DNA of 33,022 nucleotides from Thermoplasmataceae archaeon (GCA_046705445.1 JBJKQJ010000181.1:1-33022); one strand, 5' to 3'. Positions 24,934 through 33,022 are shown, numbered from the stretch's first letter. The notes: generated by a model not told the origin, from the letters alone. Numbers and translations are program-made.

Positions 24934-27876
24934 TTGAATGGAGAAAAAATCAGTTATAATACACAAGGAAAAGAACATAAGGCACTTGAAGGTCAAACTG
25001 TATTGCAGGCTCTGATGGCAGATGGTGTGGATGTGCCACACGTATGTTATCAACCCAATCTTGGATCCATACAGACCTGTGATACCTGTATAGTTGAAGT
25101 GGATGGAAAACTTGTTAGATCCTGTTCAACTCAGCTCAAAGATGGGGCGCAGGTGGACTACTCGTCCAAGAAAGTAAAGGAACTCCAGAAAGAAGCCACT
25201 CAGAGGTTGTTACAGAATCATGAGCTTTATTGTACGGTCTGTGAGAACAATAATGGAGATTGCTCGCTGCACAACACAGTTCACTCCCTGGACATTGATG
25301 AACAGAAGTATCCCTTCGAACCAAAACCATACCCAGTTGACGATTCAAACCCTTTTTACAGGTACGATCCGAACCAGTGCATATTATGTGGAAGATGCGT
25401 GGAAGCCTGCCAGGATGTTCAGGTAAACGAGACGCTCAGTATCGACTGGAATCGGGAAAAGCCCAGAGTAATCTGGGATAACGATGTCCCTATCAACGAT
25501 TCTTCATGTGTGTCTTGTGGGCATTGCGTCACGGTATGTCCTGTTAACGCCCTCATGGAAAAGAGCATGCTGGGGCAGGCTGGATTCATAACAGGGCTTA
25601 ACATGAAATCCAAGAGACAGATGATTGACTTTACAAAGTCTTTCGAACCTGAAGTGACGATGTCTCCAGTCATGCTCATCAGCAATGTTGAGTCTAAATT
25701 GAGAAACACTCAGATAAAGAAGACTAAGACCGTATGTACCTATTGTGGTGTTGGATGTTCTTTCGAAATGTGGACCAAGGGAAGAGAGATCCTGAAAGTT
25801 CAGCCTATGCCGGAATCTCCTGCCAATGGGATTTCCACCTGCATAAAGGGGAAATTCGGATGGGAATTCTCAAACAGCCCTGAAAGACTGACAAAACCTC
25901 TCATAAGGGACGGAAAGAAGTTCAGAGAGGCAACATGGGATGAAGCCATTGATCTGGTTGTTAAGAGGCTTAAAGACATCAAGGATAAACAGGGTGGTGA
26001 TGCAATCAATTTTGTGGCCTCGTCCAAGGCAACAAATGAAGAAGCTTATCTCGTGCAGAAGATGGCGAGGCAGATTTTCGGAACCCATAATGTGGACAAC
26101 AGCTCAAGATTCTGTCAGGCACCTGCTACCACCGGCCTCTGGAGAACAGTGGGTTACGGTGGAGATGCAGGATCCATCTACGATATTTATCACGCAGATC
26201 TTGTGATAGCGGTGGGAACTAACACTGCTGAGTCTCACCCGGTTCTTGCAACGAGAGTCAAGAGGGCACACAAGCTCAATGGCCAGAAGCTTATTGTTGC
26301 AGATATCAGAAAACATGAGATGGCAGAGAGGGCTGACATGTTCATTCATCCTAAGCCGGGCACTGACCTGGTATGGCTCAGTGCGGTTTCTAAGTACATC
26401 ATAGATCAGGGCTGGGAAGCTGAAGATTTCATAGCTGAAAAGGTCAACGGCTTTGATGAATACAAGAAGAGCCTGGAACCATTCACACTGGAGTTTGCCT
26501 CTGAAAAGACTGGTCTGAGCAAGGAAACTCTTATAAAACTGGCTGAAACCATTCACCAGTCCAAGAGGGTATGCATTCTCTGGGCCATGGGAGTCACTCA
26601 GCACCAGATGGGAAGCGATACCTCCACGGCAATATCAAACCTATTGCTTGTCACCGGAAACTATGGAAGGAGGGGTACAGGAGCATACCCACTGAGGGGA
26701 CACAACAACGTTCAGGGAACAAGCGATTTTGGAGGAATGAATGCATTCTTCCCTGGTTACCAGAGCGTCAAAGATGATGCCATCAGAAAGAAATTCGAGG
26801 ATGCATGGAACTGCAAGATGCCAGCTACACCCGGTGTGGACAATAACACCTGCCTCGAAGCAATTGATGACGGAAAGATCAAGGCAATGTATATTGTTGG
26901 AGAAGAAATCGTAGAAACCGGCTCCAATTCCAATTACATTAGGTCAATGCTTGAAAAGCTGGACTTCCTAGTAGTTCAGGAAGTTTTCTTTTCGGAGACG
27001 GCGAAATACGCTGATGTAATCCTACCTGTAAGCACAAGTCTGGAAAAGGATGGCACATTCACCAACACAGAAAGAAGAATCCAGAGAATCTACAAAGTAA
27101 TGGAGCCACTTGAGGGAACCAAGTCAGACTGGGAAGTGCTTCAGATAATAGCAAGGAAAATGGGTGTAAACTGGAATTACAGCCATCCATCGGAGATTAT
27201 GGATGAAGCTGCAAGCCTGACACCTCTGGTCGCTGGCGTTTCATATGATAAACTTGAAGGATTCAACAGCCTTCAGTGGCCTGTGGAACCTGATGGAACC
27301 GATTCACCGTTCCTTTATGAAAAGGGCTTTAAGTTCCCAGACAAGAAAGCAAGATTCTACCCATTAGAATTCACCCCTCCATTGACAACTGACAAGGAAT
27401 TTGATCTTCACTTAAACAATGGAAGGCTCCTTGAACACTTCCACGAGGGGAATGAAACATACAAGACAGTTGGAATCAAGGCAAAGGTCCCCAGCACGTT
27501 CGTTGAAATATCCCCGGAACTTGCCAAGGAAAGAGATATAGAATCCGGTGACGTTGTAAGGCTAGAGTCGAAATTCGGTGCCGTAAAGGTAAGGGCACTG
27601 GTAACTGACAGAGTAACTGGCAAAGAAATGTACCTTCCGATGAATGCAATTGGTGATGAGGCAGTTAACAACCTTACAGGAAGAGTCATGGATCCAACGG
27701 CACACACACCGGCTTACAAGGAACTCTCCGTAAAGATGCAAAAGCTTGGGCAGCCAAGAGAGGCGTCTCCATTACCCAAAACAAACCCGAGGTACGGGCA
27801 TCCAAAACCACAGAAGGGAGTACTGGTTGAAGAAAAGTGGGCCAGAAAGGACTACATGAAACTTACAACGGAGTGA
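24934..27876 (+). CDS. fdhA: Formate dehydrogenase alpha subunit, Cys-type, with N-terminal 2Fe-2S and 4Fe-4S ferredoxin domains (YjgC/FdhF-like architecture)
   Basis: 980 aa. 2Fe-2S region CYQPNLGSIQTCDTCIVEV...SC, His/Cys cluster CTVCENNNGDCSLH, two ferredoxin motifs CILCGRCVEAC and CVSCGHCVTVCP, MopB 4Fe-4S CTYCGVGCSF. Active-site Cys in SSRFCQAPAT (TGT at 26113-26115). TTG start at 24934, preceded by AGGGGATGA. Confidence 0.85.
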   Translation: MNGEKISYNTQGKEHKALEGQTVLQALMADGVDVPHVCYQPNLGSIQTCDTCIVEVDGKLVRSCSTQLKDGAQVDYSSKKVKELQKEATQRLLQNHELYCTVCENNNGDCSLHNTVHSLDIDEQKYPFEPKPYPVDDSNPFYRYDPNQCILCGRCVEACQDVQVNETLSIDWNREKPRVIWDNDVPINDSSCVSCGHCVTVCPVNALMEKSMLGQAGFITGLNMKSKRQMIDFTKSFEPEVTMSPVMLISNVESKLRNTQIKKTKTVCTYCGVGCSFEMWTKGREILKVQPMPESPANGISTCIKGKFGWEFSNSPERLTKPLIRDGKKFREATWDEAIDLVVKRLKDIKDKQGGDAINFVASSKATNEEAYLVQKMARQIFGTHNVDNSSRFCQAPATTGLWRTVGYGGDAGSIYDIYHADLVIAVGTNTAESHPVLATRVKRAHKLNGQKLIVADIRKHEMAERADMFIHPKPGTDLVWLSAVSKYIIDQGWEAEDFIAEKVNGFDEYKKSLEPFTLEFASEKTGLSKETLIKLAETIHQSKRVCILWAMGVTQHQMGSDTSTAISNLLLVTGNYGRRGTGAYPLRGHNNVQGTSDFGGMNAFFPGYQSVKDDAIRKKFEDAWNCKMPATPGVDNNTCLEAIDDGKIKAMYIVGEEIVETGSNSNYIRSMLEKLDFLVVQEVFFSETAKYADVILPVSTSLEKDGTFTNTERRIQRIYKVMEPLEGTKSDWEVLQIIARKMGVNWNYSHPSEIMDEAASLTPLVAGVSYDKLEGFNSLQWPVEPDGTDSPFLYEKGFKFPDKKARFYPLEFTPPLTTDKEFDLHLNNGRLLEHFHEGNETYKTVGIKAKVPSTFVEISPELAKERDIESGDVVRLESKFGAVKVRALVTDRVTGKEMYLPMNAIGDEAVNNLTGRVMDPTAHTPAYKELSVKMQKLGQPREASPLPKTNPRYGHPKPQKGVLVEEKWARKDYMKLTTE

Positions 27877-27880
27877 GTAA

Positions 27881-28357
27881 ATGGCAAAATTAATTGAAGA
27901 AATAGAAAAGATGACAAAAGAGGAGGCAGCAGTAAATGGGGAGCAGGAAGTATTCAAAATGCTCTCAGAACACGCCGAAGAAATCGGCTCCATGCTTGAT
28001 CTCCTTAAATCTGCCAGTGATAGTGGGATATTTACACTTTTAATGGCTCTATTCGAGAACAAAGGAGACTCCATGGGGGAGATTTCCGAAGAGCTTGCCA
28101 AGCCAAAGAATGTCAGGTTTGTCAGGAATCTTATGACCATTTACACCTTGCTTTCCAACATCGATCCTGAAGTGGTTCGCAATTTCATGCTCAACCTGGC
28201 AAATGCGGTGGACAGTTCCCCGAAACTGAAGAATCAGGGTTCCATGGGACTCATGGCACTAAGGAGCAACATGAAGGACCCGGATGTGGCTGTAGGATTC
28301 AGGGTACTCTTTGAAGTGGCTAAGGGGTTCACACGTCCAAACAAACGAAAGGAATGA
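27881..28357 (+). CDS. DUF1641-family protein (FDH-associated, YjgD-like)
   Basis: 158 aa. Helical N-terminus and a C-terminal G..G....L....D-type segment (GSMGLMALRSNMKDPDV). Sits immediately after the FdhA-type gene, as yjgD follows yjgC in Bacillus (from memory). Confidence 0.6.
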   Translation: MAKLIEEIEKMTKEEAAVNGEQEVFKMLSEHAEEIGSMLDLLKSASDSGIFTLLMALFENKGDSMGEISEELAKPKNVRFVRNLMTIYTLLSNIDPEVVRNFMLNLANAVDSSPKLKNQGSMGLMALRSNMKDPDVAVGFRVLFEVAKGFTRPNKRKE

Positions 28358-29202
28358 ACTTGAAGGGTGCCAACAAGCAACCCTTTATTTTTTTCAATAC
28401 GCTGAAATATTCTACAGATAGTGACCGAGAAGAAGCCAAGGATATGGTCACTGCGGAAGAACCTCTTGAAATTAAACTAAGGGGGCCTTCAGGCAGTGAG
28501 TCCACAGTTTCAATCATTATGCGGACTCCTGTAATGGACAACTATCTTGCACTGGGCTTTCTTTACTCAGAAGGTATAATCAGGGAGAAATCCCAACTGA
28601 TATCTGTTGAAAACATAGATGAAGATGGAACTGCAATTGATAATGTAATTATTTTAAAGGTAAGCGCAGATGTGAAATTCAATAATGCCGAATATACCAG
28701 GAATTTTGCAGTTAATTCAAGCTGCGGTGTATGCGGAAAAAGTAACATAAATGATATCTTCATAAAATCTGGCAGACTTGTAAAATCATCAATTAAAGTC
28801 AGCAGTGAAGTTATTCTTCAACTGCCGGAAAAAATGAGAAAACTTCAGGCAATATTTTCAGAGACGGGTGGAATTCATGCTGCAGGGCTATTCAGGAAAA
28901 ACGGAAACCCAATATTTGTAGCAGAAGACATAGGAAGACACAATGCTGTGGATAAGGTCGTGGGGTATATGTTCCTGAACGATCTGCTGTTCGGGGAAGA
29001 TCTAATTTTGCAGGTTAGCGGACGAGCTGGATTTGAAATACTTCAGAAAGCAGCAATGGCGGGAATACCCGTGGTGAGCTCTGTTTCTGCACCTTCGAGC
29101 CTCGCCGTCGACACGGCTGATTCAATGAATATGACACTTGTATGTTTTGTTCGCGGCAAGAGGTTTAATGTATACACGCATCCCGAAAGAATAGAATTCT
29201 GA
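28354..29202 (+). CDS. fdhD: Formate dehydrogenase accessory sulfurtransferase FdhD
   Basis: 282 aa with NSSCGVCGK, GGIHAAGLF and EDIGRHNAVDKVVG motifs. ATGA overlap with the upstream gene. Confidence 0.9.
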   Translation: MNLKGANKQPFIFFNTLKYSTDSDREEAKDMVTAEEPLEIKLRGPSGSESTVSIIMRTPVMDNYLALGFLYSEGIIREKSQLISVENIDEDGTAIDNVIILKVSADVKFNNAEYTRNFAVNSSCGVCGKSNINDIFIKSGRLVKSSIKVSSEVILQLPEKMRKLQAIFSETGGIHAAGLFRKNGNPIFVAEDIGRHNAVDKVVGYMFLNDLLFGEDLILQVSGRAGFEILQKAAMAGIPVVSSVSAPSSLAVDTADSMNMTLVCFVRGKRFNVYTHPERIEF

Positions 29203-29208
29203 GTAAAT

Positions 29209-29454
29209 TTAACCACCGCTTACAACCGGGAACAGAGCAATCTCATCTCCATCCTTAACAACAGTGCTATGACTTGAATAGTTCTGGTTAAGTGCAAAAA
29301 TAATCTGTCCCTTTCTAGTCTTAAGGTCAGTATGTTTATCTTTCACTGCTGAAATGATATCTGATACGGTAGAACCTTGGGCCACTTCAATAAATTCTAG
29401 TTCGGTTCCGGCTTCATCCTTCACTGACCCAAAATACTTCACTGTTACCTTCAA
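29209..29454 (-). CDS. moaD: MoaD/ThiS-type ubiquitin-like sulfur carrier (C-terminal GG)
   Basis: Ends ...[18 protein letters not shown] at 29452-29454 gives the N-terminus (M)[15 protein letters not shown], typical of MoaD, with GGAGG 6 nt upstream. The track ORF uses a far-upstream ATG at 29517 that lies deep inside moaA. Confidence 0.75.
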   Translation of the reverse strand: MKVTVKYFGSVKDEAGTELEFIEVAQGSTVSDIISAVKDKHTDLKTRKGQIIFALNQNYSSHSTVVKDGDEIALFPVVSGG

Positions 29455-30397
29455 TCTCGTCCTCCTTTTTCCAGTACGGTTCTCTGGCTTTAGCTGCGTG
29501 AACAAAGATGTCGTCAATTTTCTCTTCAGGTTCGTCCTTCCTGATGGCTGTTATGAGATTTGTAAGGTTGTCATTCCTCATGAGGCAGGGCTTGAGAAGT
29601 CCCGTGGACGTAAGCCGTATCCTTGTGCAGTTATTGCAGAACTCCGCATTCCTCATAGGCTTGACAAACTCTACAATAGCTGTTTTCCCCTCATATTCAA
29701 TGTGGTATCTCGGCCTTCTGTGAAGTTCATTGTATTCAACCTTGAAGGCTCTATCTGCGACCGCTTTTTCGATGCCTTCCAGAGGAATGTGGTATTTCAG
29801 GAAATCTTCTGAATGCTCCATTTCCCTAGTGGTTTCATATTCTATGAGTTGAAGTATTACATTCTCCTCGGCTGAAAGCCTCATCATAAGCGGAATTTGA
29901 TCAACATTGAGGTCCTTGAGAACAACAAAATTAACTTTTATTGGGGCAAATCCAGCTTCATGTGCTGCCCTAATCCCTTTGATGACCTGCTCAATGGCAT
30001 CTACGCCAGTTATGAACTGGAATTTTTCACGCTCAATTGAATGAAGTGAAATGTTTATCCTGTCAAGTCCAGCTTCTTTCAGATCCTTGGCTATCTTTGG
30101 CAGCATGATGCCATTTGTAGTCATTGAAATGTTTCCGGAAATGTGTTTCCTGGTTCTTCTGACGATATCAAGAATATCGTTCCTGAGGGTAGGCTCCCCT
30201 CCAGTGAACTTGACTTTATTCACACCCCACTTGCTGGCAACTTTGACTACCCTTTCAATCTCTTCGGCCGACAGTGACTCAGAATGAACGCCAGTGCCTT
30301 CCATATGACAGAAGAAGCATCCAAAGTTGCATGTGGTGTTTACCTGTATCCTCATGCTTTTTACAGTTCTGCCGTAATCGTCTGTGACCAGCGCCAT
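29414..30397 (-). CDS. moaA: GTP 3',8-cyclase MoaA (radical SAM)
   Basis: 327 aa. CNFGCFFCH is the Cx3Cx2C radical-SAM motif. Also [16 protein letters not shown], and the C-terminal cluster region [19 protein letters not shown]. Confidence 0.9.
   Translation of the reverse strand: MALVTDDYGRTVKSMRIQVNTTCNFGCFFCHMEGTGVHSESLSAEEIERVVKVASKWGVNKVKFTGGEPTLRNDILDIVRRTRKHISGNISMTTNGIMLPKIAKDLKEAGLDRINISLHSIEREKFQFITGVDAIEQVIKGIRAAHEAGFAPIKVNFVVLKDLNVDQIPLMMRLSAEENVILQLIEYETTREMEHSEDFLKYHIPLEGIEKAVADRAFKVEYNELHRRPRYHIEYEGKTAIVEFVKPMRNAEFCNNCTRIRLTSTGLLKPCLMRNDNLTNLITAIRKDEPEEKIDDIFVHAAKAREPYWKKEDEIEGNSEVFWVSEG
29461..29465 (-). promoter_or_regulatory. Shine-Dalgarno-like GGAGG for moaD
   Basis: The minus strand reads AAAAAGGAGGACGAGATTG. 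GGAGG lies 6 nt before the TTG start, inside the 3' end of moaA. Confidence 0.5.
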
Positions 30398-30541
30398 TGG
30401 GTTTTAATGTCATCTCATTAGTTAAGGTTTTTCCCGCTGCAGAAGGAAAATACATCTGTTTACCAAATCACAATGAACCCTCAAATCACAGTGTGAAGAC
30501 TAAAATTTCGTCTGGGAAACTTGGCAAATTTATTGACAAAT

Positions 30542-32077
30542 ATGCAAGATAGGTTCAAATATAGAGGGTACATCTGGACAAAAGTGCAAGAAACAAGTTC
30601 TGGTTTAAAGCACTTGAAAAAGGATCAGCTTGGTCTGAGACACGCTGTTTCTCAGGCTGTCGCTCTAAATGCACCCGGTGGTACCATAGTTCTATATGTT
30701 ACAACAACGGCTGCATTGATGTTTTACACTTTTGGAGGTACTTATCCCAACGGCGCATTTGCAATACCACTAATACTTCTCCTTTCACTGGTGGTATACG
30801 GCCTCATGAGTTTTTCAATGTATGAATTCTCAAGAGAGCTTTCCAGTTCTGGCGGATATTATACTTTCGTGTCAAGGGGTCTCGGAAGCTCCGCAGGGTT
30901 TCTCACTGCAATATCTTATGTCTCTTATCAGCTTCTGAGTTTTACCGGATTTGGAATCCTCGGTTTTATCGGCTTCATATACGGGGTTCTGCCGTCGGTT
31001 GGGATAAACGTTCCAGATGCTACGTATCTGTGGATACCTATTGTCCTGGTTTTCATCGCATTTGTTTCTGGCCTTATCTACTCAGGCATCAGGCCCTCCC
31101 TCAGGTACGTCCTTTACACCATAATTATCGAAATTGCATTCTTTATTGGGACCTCAATTGCACTGATTGTTATTTTCCACAATTCCCTTTCTATAAAACC
31201 CTTCACTTCAGCACCTGTAGGCAATAATCCTCTCCTGGTCAGCACAATGATGGTTTACGCCATCGGCACATTTGTGGGAATAGGCGGAGCCTTGCCAGTT
31301 GCAGAGGAAACATCTAACCCGAAAAGAAACGTCCCTCTGGCAATAGTCACAACAATTATCATTCTCGGAGTAACAATAATTCTATCATCGTATGCGCAGG
31401 TTATAGCTTGGGGTTCAACCAATATGGCCAATTTTGGTGTAAACGTCCCTTATCCTGTGCTGAATATTTACAGCAACAGTTTCGGTGCCCTCAGCCCTCT
31501 GCTCCTGGGAATAATGATCATAATTGTTGCCAACTCGTATTTTACGGCTACAGTATCTCTGGGAACCAATGCCAGCAGAGTTCTCTTCTCTTTGTCGAGG
31601 GAGAAAGTCATACCAGACAAGGTTTCTACAACACACTCCAGAACAGGAGTTCCAACAACCGCTGTTCTTGTCGTGGCAATAGTGGCTGCGGTAGTGGTTG
31701 TTGTTACAGGGCTGGTATTTCAGGGTTTATATCCTGGGCAACCCATAACTGCACTTACAGACGCCGCTTTATTCCTTCTCATTCTTGAAAGCCCGGTGTC
31801 TTACCTGATACACATCCTTACCAACACTTCCCTGTATATCTACAGAAAGAAGGAAGGAAAGAAAATCAATTACTTCAAACACCTGATAGTGCCTTCCATT
31901 TCCACCATTCTACTGATCTTCGCCATTGTGGTTGCAGTTTACTTCAACCTGAGTGCTCCTTATATTTATGGAATCTACGGAGCAATTGGATGGATCACAG
32001 TAGTTGTGGTTCTCACCATAGTTGTAAGAACGAGATTCAGCAAGAAGCTGGATCTACTGGGAGATTTCTCCCTTTAA
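30542..32077 (+). CDS. APC-superfamily amino acid/polyamine permease
   Basis: About 512 aa with about 12 hydrophobic segments. Composition and length are typical of APC permeases (…YEFSRELSSSGGYYTFVSRGLG… resembles the APC consensus around TM2-3). ATG at 30542; the track uses TTG at 30521. Confidence 0.7.
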   Translation: MQDRFKYRGYIWTKVQETSSGLKHLKKDQLGLRHAVSQAVALNAPGGTIVLYVTTTAALMFYTFGGTYPNGAFAIPLILLLSLVVYGLMSFSMYEFSRELSSSGGYYTFVSRGLGSSAGFLTAISYVSYQLLSFTGFGILGFIGFIYGVLPSVGINVPDATYLWIPIVLVFIAFVSGLIYSGIRPSLRYVLYTIIIEIAFFIGTSIALIVIFHNSLSIKPFTSAPVGNNPLLVSTMMVYAIGTFVGIGGALPVAEETSNPKRNVPLAIVTTIIILGVTIILSSYAQVIAWGSTNMANFGVNVPYPVLNIYSNSFGALSPLLLGIMIIIVANSYFTATVSLGTNASRVLFSLSREKVIPDKVSTTHSRTGVPTTAVLVVAIVAAVVVVVTGLVFQGLYPGQPITALTDAALFLLILESPVSYLIHILTNTSLYIYRKKEGKKINYFKHLIVPSISTILLIFAIVVAVYFNLSAPYIYGIYGAIGWITVVVVLTIVVRTRFSKKLDLLGDFSL

Positions 32078-32132
32078 TTTTTTAATTTGTTTCAGGGGTG
32101 TCCGCTATAAAAAAGCGGTCCAGACTTTTTTT
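32078..32132 (+). terminator. Oligo-T terminator region after the permease
   Basis: T6 directly after the TAA stop (32078-32083). Then a short hairpin, CCGCT (32102-32106) with AGCGG (32114-32118), followed by T7 (32126-32132). Confidence 0.4.
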
Positions 32133-32178
32133 GTTCCTTCTCATTTACTGCTGTTGTATTTTATTAATATACTTCTAA

Positions 32179-32216
32179 TTTAAATACAAGTTTCCGATAT
32201 CTAATTCGATATCGAA
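32179..32216 (+). promoter_or_regulatory. PadR promoter/operator: TATA-like TTTAAATA plus a perfect 12-bp palindrome TTCGATATCGAA abutting the start codon
   Basis: TTTAAATA at 32179-32186. CGATATC occurs twice (32195-32201 and 32207-32213). The perfect palindrome TTCGATATCGAA at 32205-32216 ends on the A of the ATG at 32216. Confidence 0.45.
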
Positions 32217-32707
32217 TGTCAGATGACAGATTTAACCGAGACTTTGGAATGGGCGGAGATTTCGGGAAGCATTTTGACCCGGGAAGTTTCAGTTTTGCAC
32301 GTTCCTTCAGGAGACATGGTGGCATGAAGTTCTATGTCCTCTGGCTTCTCAGCAGAAAACCAATGAAAGGATCTGAAATAATATCAGAGGCTCAGGAACA
32401 GACAATGGGCTGGTGGAGGCCAAGTCCTGGAACAGTATACCCACTGCTCAGCGCACTGGAGAAAGCGGGTTTTATCAAGAGACTTGAGGACCACAGGTAT
32501 GAATTGACTCCGCTTGGGGCGGAAGAAATCGGCCTCACACCTGGAGAACCAAAAGGTCGAAAAGATGAAAAATGGGACATTGAGAGAATCCTCACTGAAA
32601 TGGAAGGTTATACATCATATCTGGAAGAAGAGGAATACACGTTACACGACTATGAAGAAAGGGTAAAGGACATAATTGAAAGATTACAGAAACTGAAAAT
32701 GGAGTGA
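32216..32707 (+). CDS. padR: PadR-family transcriptional regulator
   Basis: 163 aa. FYVLWLLSRKPMKGSEIISE...WRPSPGTVYPLLSALEKAGFIKR is the PadR wHTH signature. Coiled C-terminal part. Confidence 0.85.
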   Translation: MSDDRFNRDFGMGGDFGKHFDPGSFSFARSFRRHGGMKFYVLWLLSRKPMKGSEIISEAQEQTMGWWRPSPGTVYPLLSALEKAGFIKRLEDHRYELTPLGAEEIGLTPGEPKGRKDEKWDIERILTEMEGYTSYLEEEEYTLHDYEERVKDIIERLQKLKME

Positions 32708-32716
32708 ATTGGAAAA

Positions 32717-33022
32717 ATGGCAGTTGTTATAAAAACTGAACATCTGAGCAAGATTTACAATGGTAAGATTAAGGCGCTTGAGGACTTGAACATCGAAATT
32801 GAGGAAGGGGAAGTTTATGGTTTATTGGGGCCAAATGGAGCTGGAAAGAGCACCACAATAAATCTGTTGACTACTAGGATTACTCCAACCTCTGGTACAG
32901 CCACACTGAAAGGCTTCGACATAAAGAAACATTCTCTGGATGTAAGAAAGGTTATTGGGGTTGTTCCACAGGATCTCACCACAGATGAAGATCTGACAGG
33001 GTTTGAAAACCTGATGATGGTG
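32717..33022 (+). CDS. ABC transporter ATP-binding protein (ABC-2/DrrA-like), 5' part only
   Basis: Hand translation from ATG 32717 gives MAVVIKTEHLSKIYNGKIKALEDLNIEIEEGEVYGLLGPNGAGKSTTINLL...VIGVVPQD..., containing Walker A and the Q-loop. The frame is open to the window end. Confidence 0.85.
   Translation, partial: MAVVIKTEHLSKIYNGKIKALEDLNIEIEEGEVYGLLGPNGAGKSTTINLLTTRITPTSGTATLKGFDIKKHSLDVRKVIGVVPQDLTTDEDLTGFENLMMV

Noticed and set aside
26113-26115. Possible selenocysteine (in-frame TGA) at the FDH active site
   Set aside because: The codon is TGT (Cys), and the 980-aa frame has no internal TGA. This is a Cys-type enzyme, and I looked for no SECIS-type element because none is needed.
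29414-30520. Moco riboswitch upstream of moaA or fdhA
   Set aside because: This riboswitch class is bacterial, and I could not recognise its conserved multi-stem core in either leader. Only short generic hairpins and repeats are present; these are reported separately at low interest.
1-33022. Search for CRISPR repeats, IS elements or transposases, integrases, tRNA or rRNA genes, prophage or defence-island signatures
   Set aside because: I found no regularly spaced repeats and no GC-rich cloverleaf-like segments in the spacers. No ORF carries transposase, integrase, nuclease-NTPase or defence motifs. The window looks like core chromosome.

Overview
This window reads as ordinary archaeal chromosome, densely packed with housekeeping genes. 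The archaeal assignment rests on an Rpo7(E')-Spt4-DUF359-S24e-S27ae cluster, an NMD3-like protein, AT-rich TATA-type promoters close to start codons, and oligo-T terminators. A Thermoplasmata-like euryarchaeon is only a guess. I saw no rRNA, tRNA, CRISPR array, transposase, integrase or obvious defence genes.

Gene content from left to right:
- 1-5.2 kb: a truncated arginine deiminase-family gene, a secreted/membrane ORF pair, NMD3-like, acyl-CoA dehydrogenase, and a membrane protein.
- 5.4-7.4 kb: the transcription/translation cluster.
- 7.4-14.2 kb: a small Cys/His protein, a DUF763-like protein carrying a helix-hairpin-helix motif, and a very long (1712 aa) Lhr-type helicase.
- 14.2-17.4 kb: a small membrane protein plus wHTH regulator pair, a heavily sequon-decorated surface protein, an untracked 52-aa ORF, and a Zn alcohol dehydrogenase.
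- 17.4-30.4 kb: a nearly complete molybdenum/tungsten-cofactor biosynthesis set (moeB/ubaA-like E1, two moeA paralogues with one fused to a PBP-like domain, moaB, moaC, mobA-like, moaE, moaD, moaA). It is interleaved with a Cys-type formate dehydrogenase operon (fdhA-DUF1641-fdhD), a HAD phosphatase and a SatP/YaaH-like carboxylate channel.
- 30.5-33.0 kb: an APC permease, PadR, and the start of an ABC-transporter ATPase.

I cannot demonstrate a novel system here. The most checkable oddities are:
- the long-form Lhr with an apparently duplicated winged-helix/AlkZ-like C-terminal region, preceded by the HhH-containing DUF763 gene;
- the SatP-like channel embedded in the Moco/FDH cluster, a candidate formate route;
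- the stand-alone FdhA-DUF1641 with no recognisable electron-acceptor subunit.

All family calls come from motif recognition by eye. No database search or computation was run.
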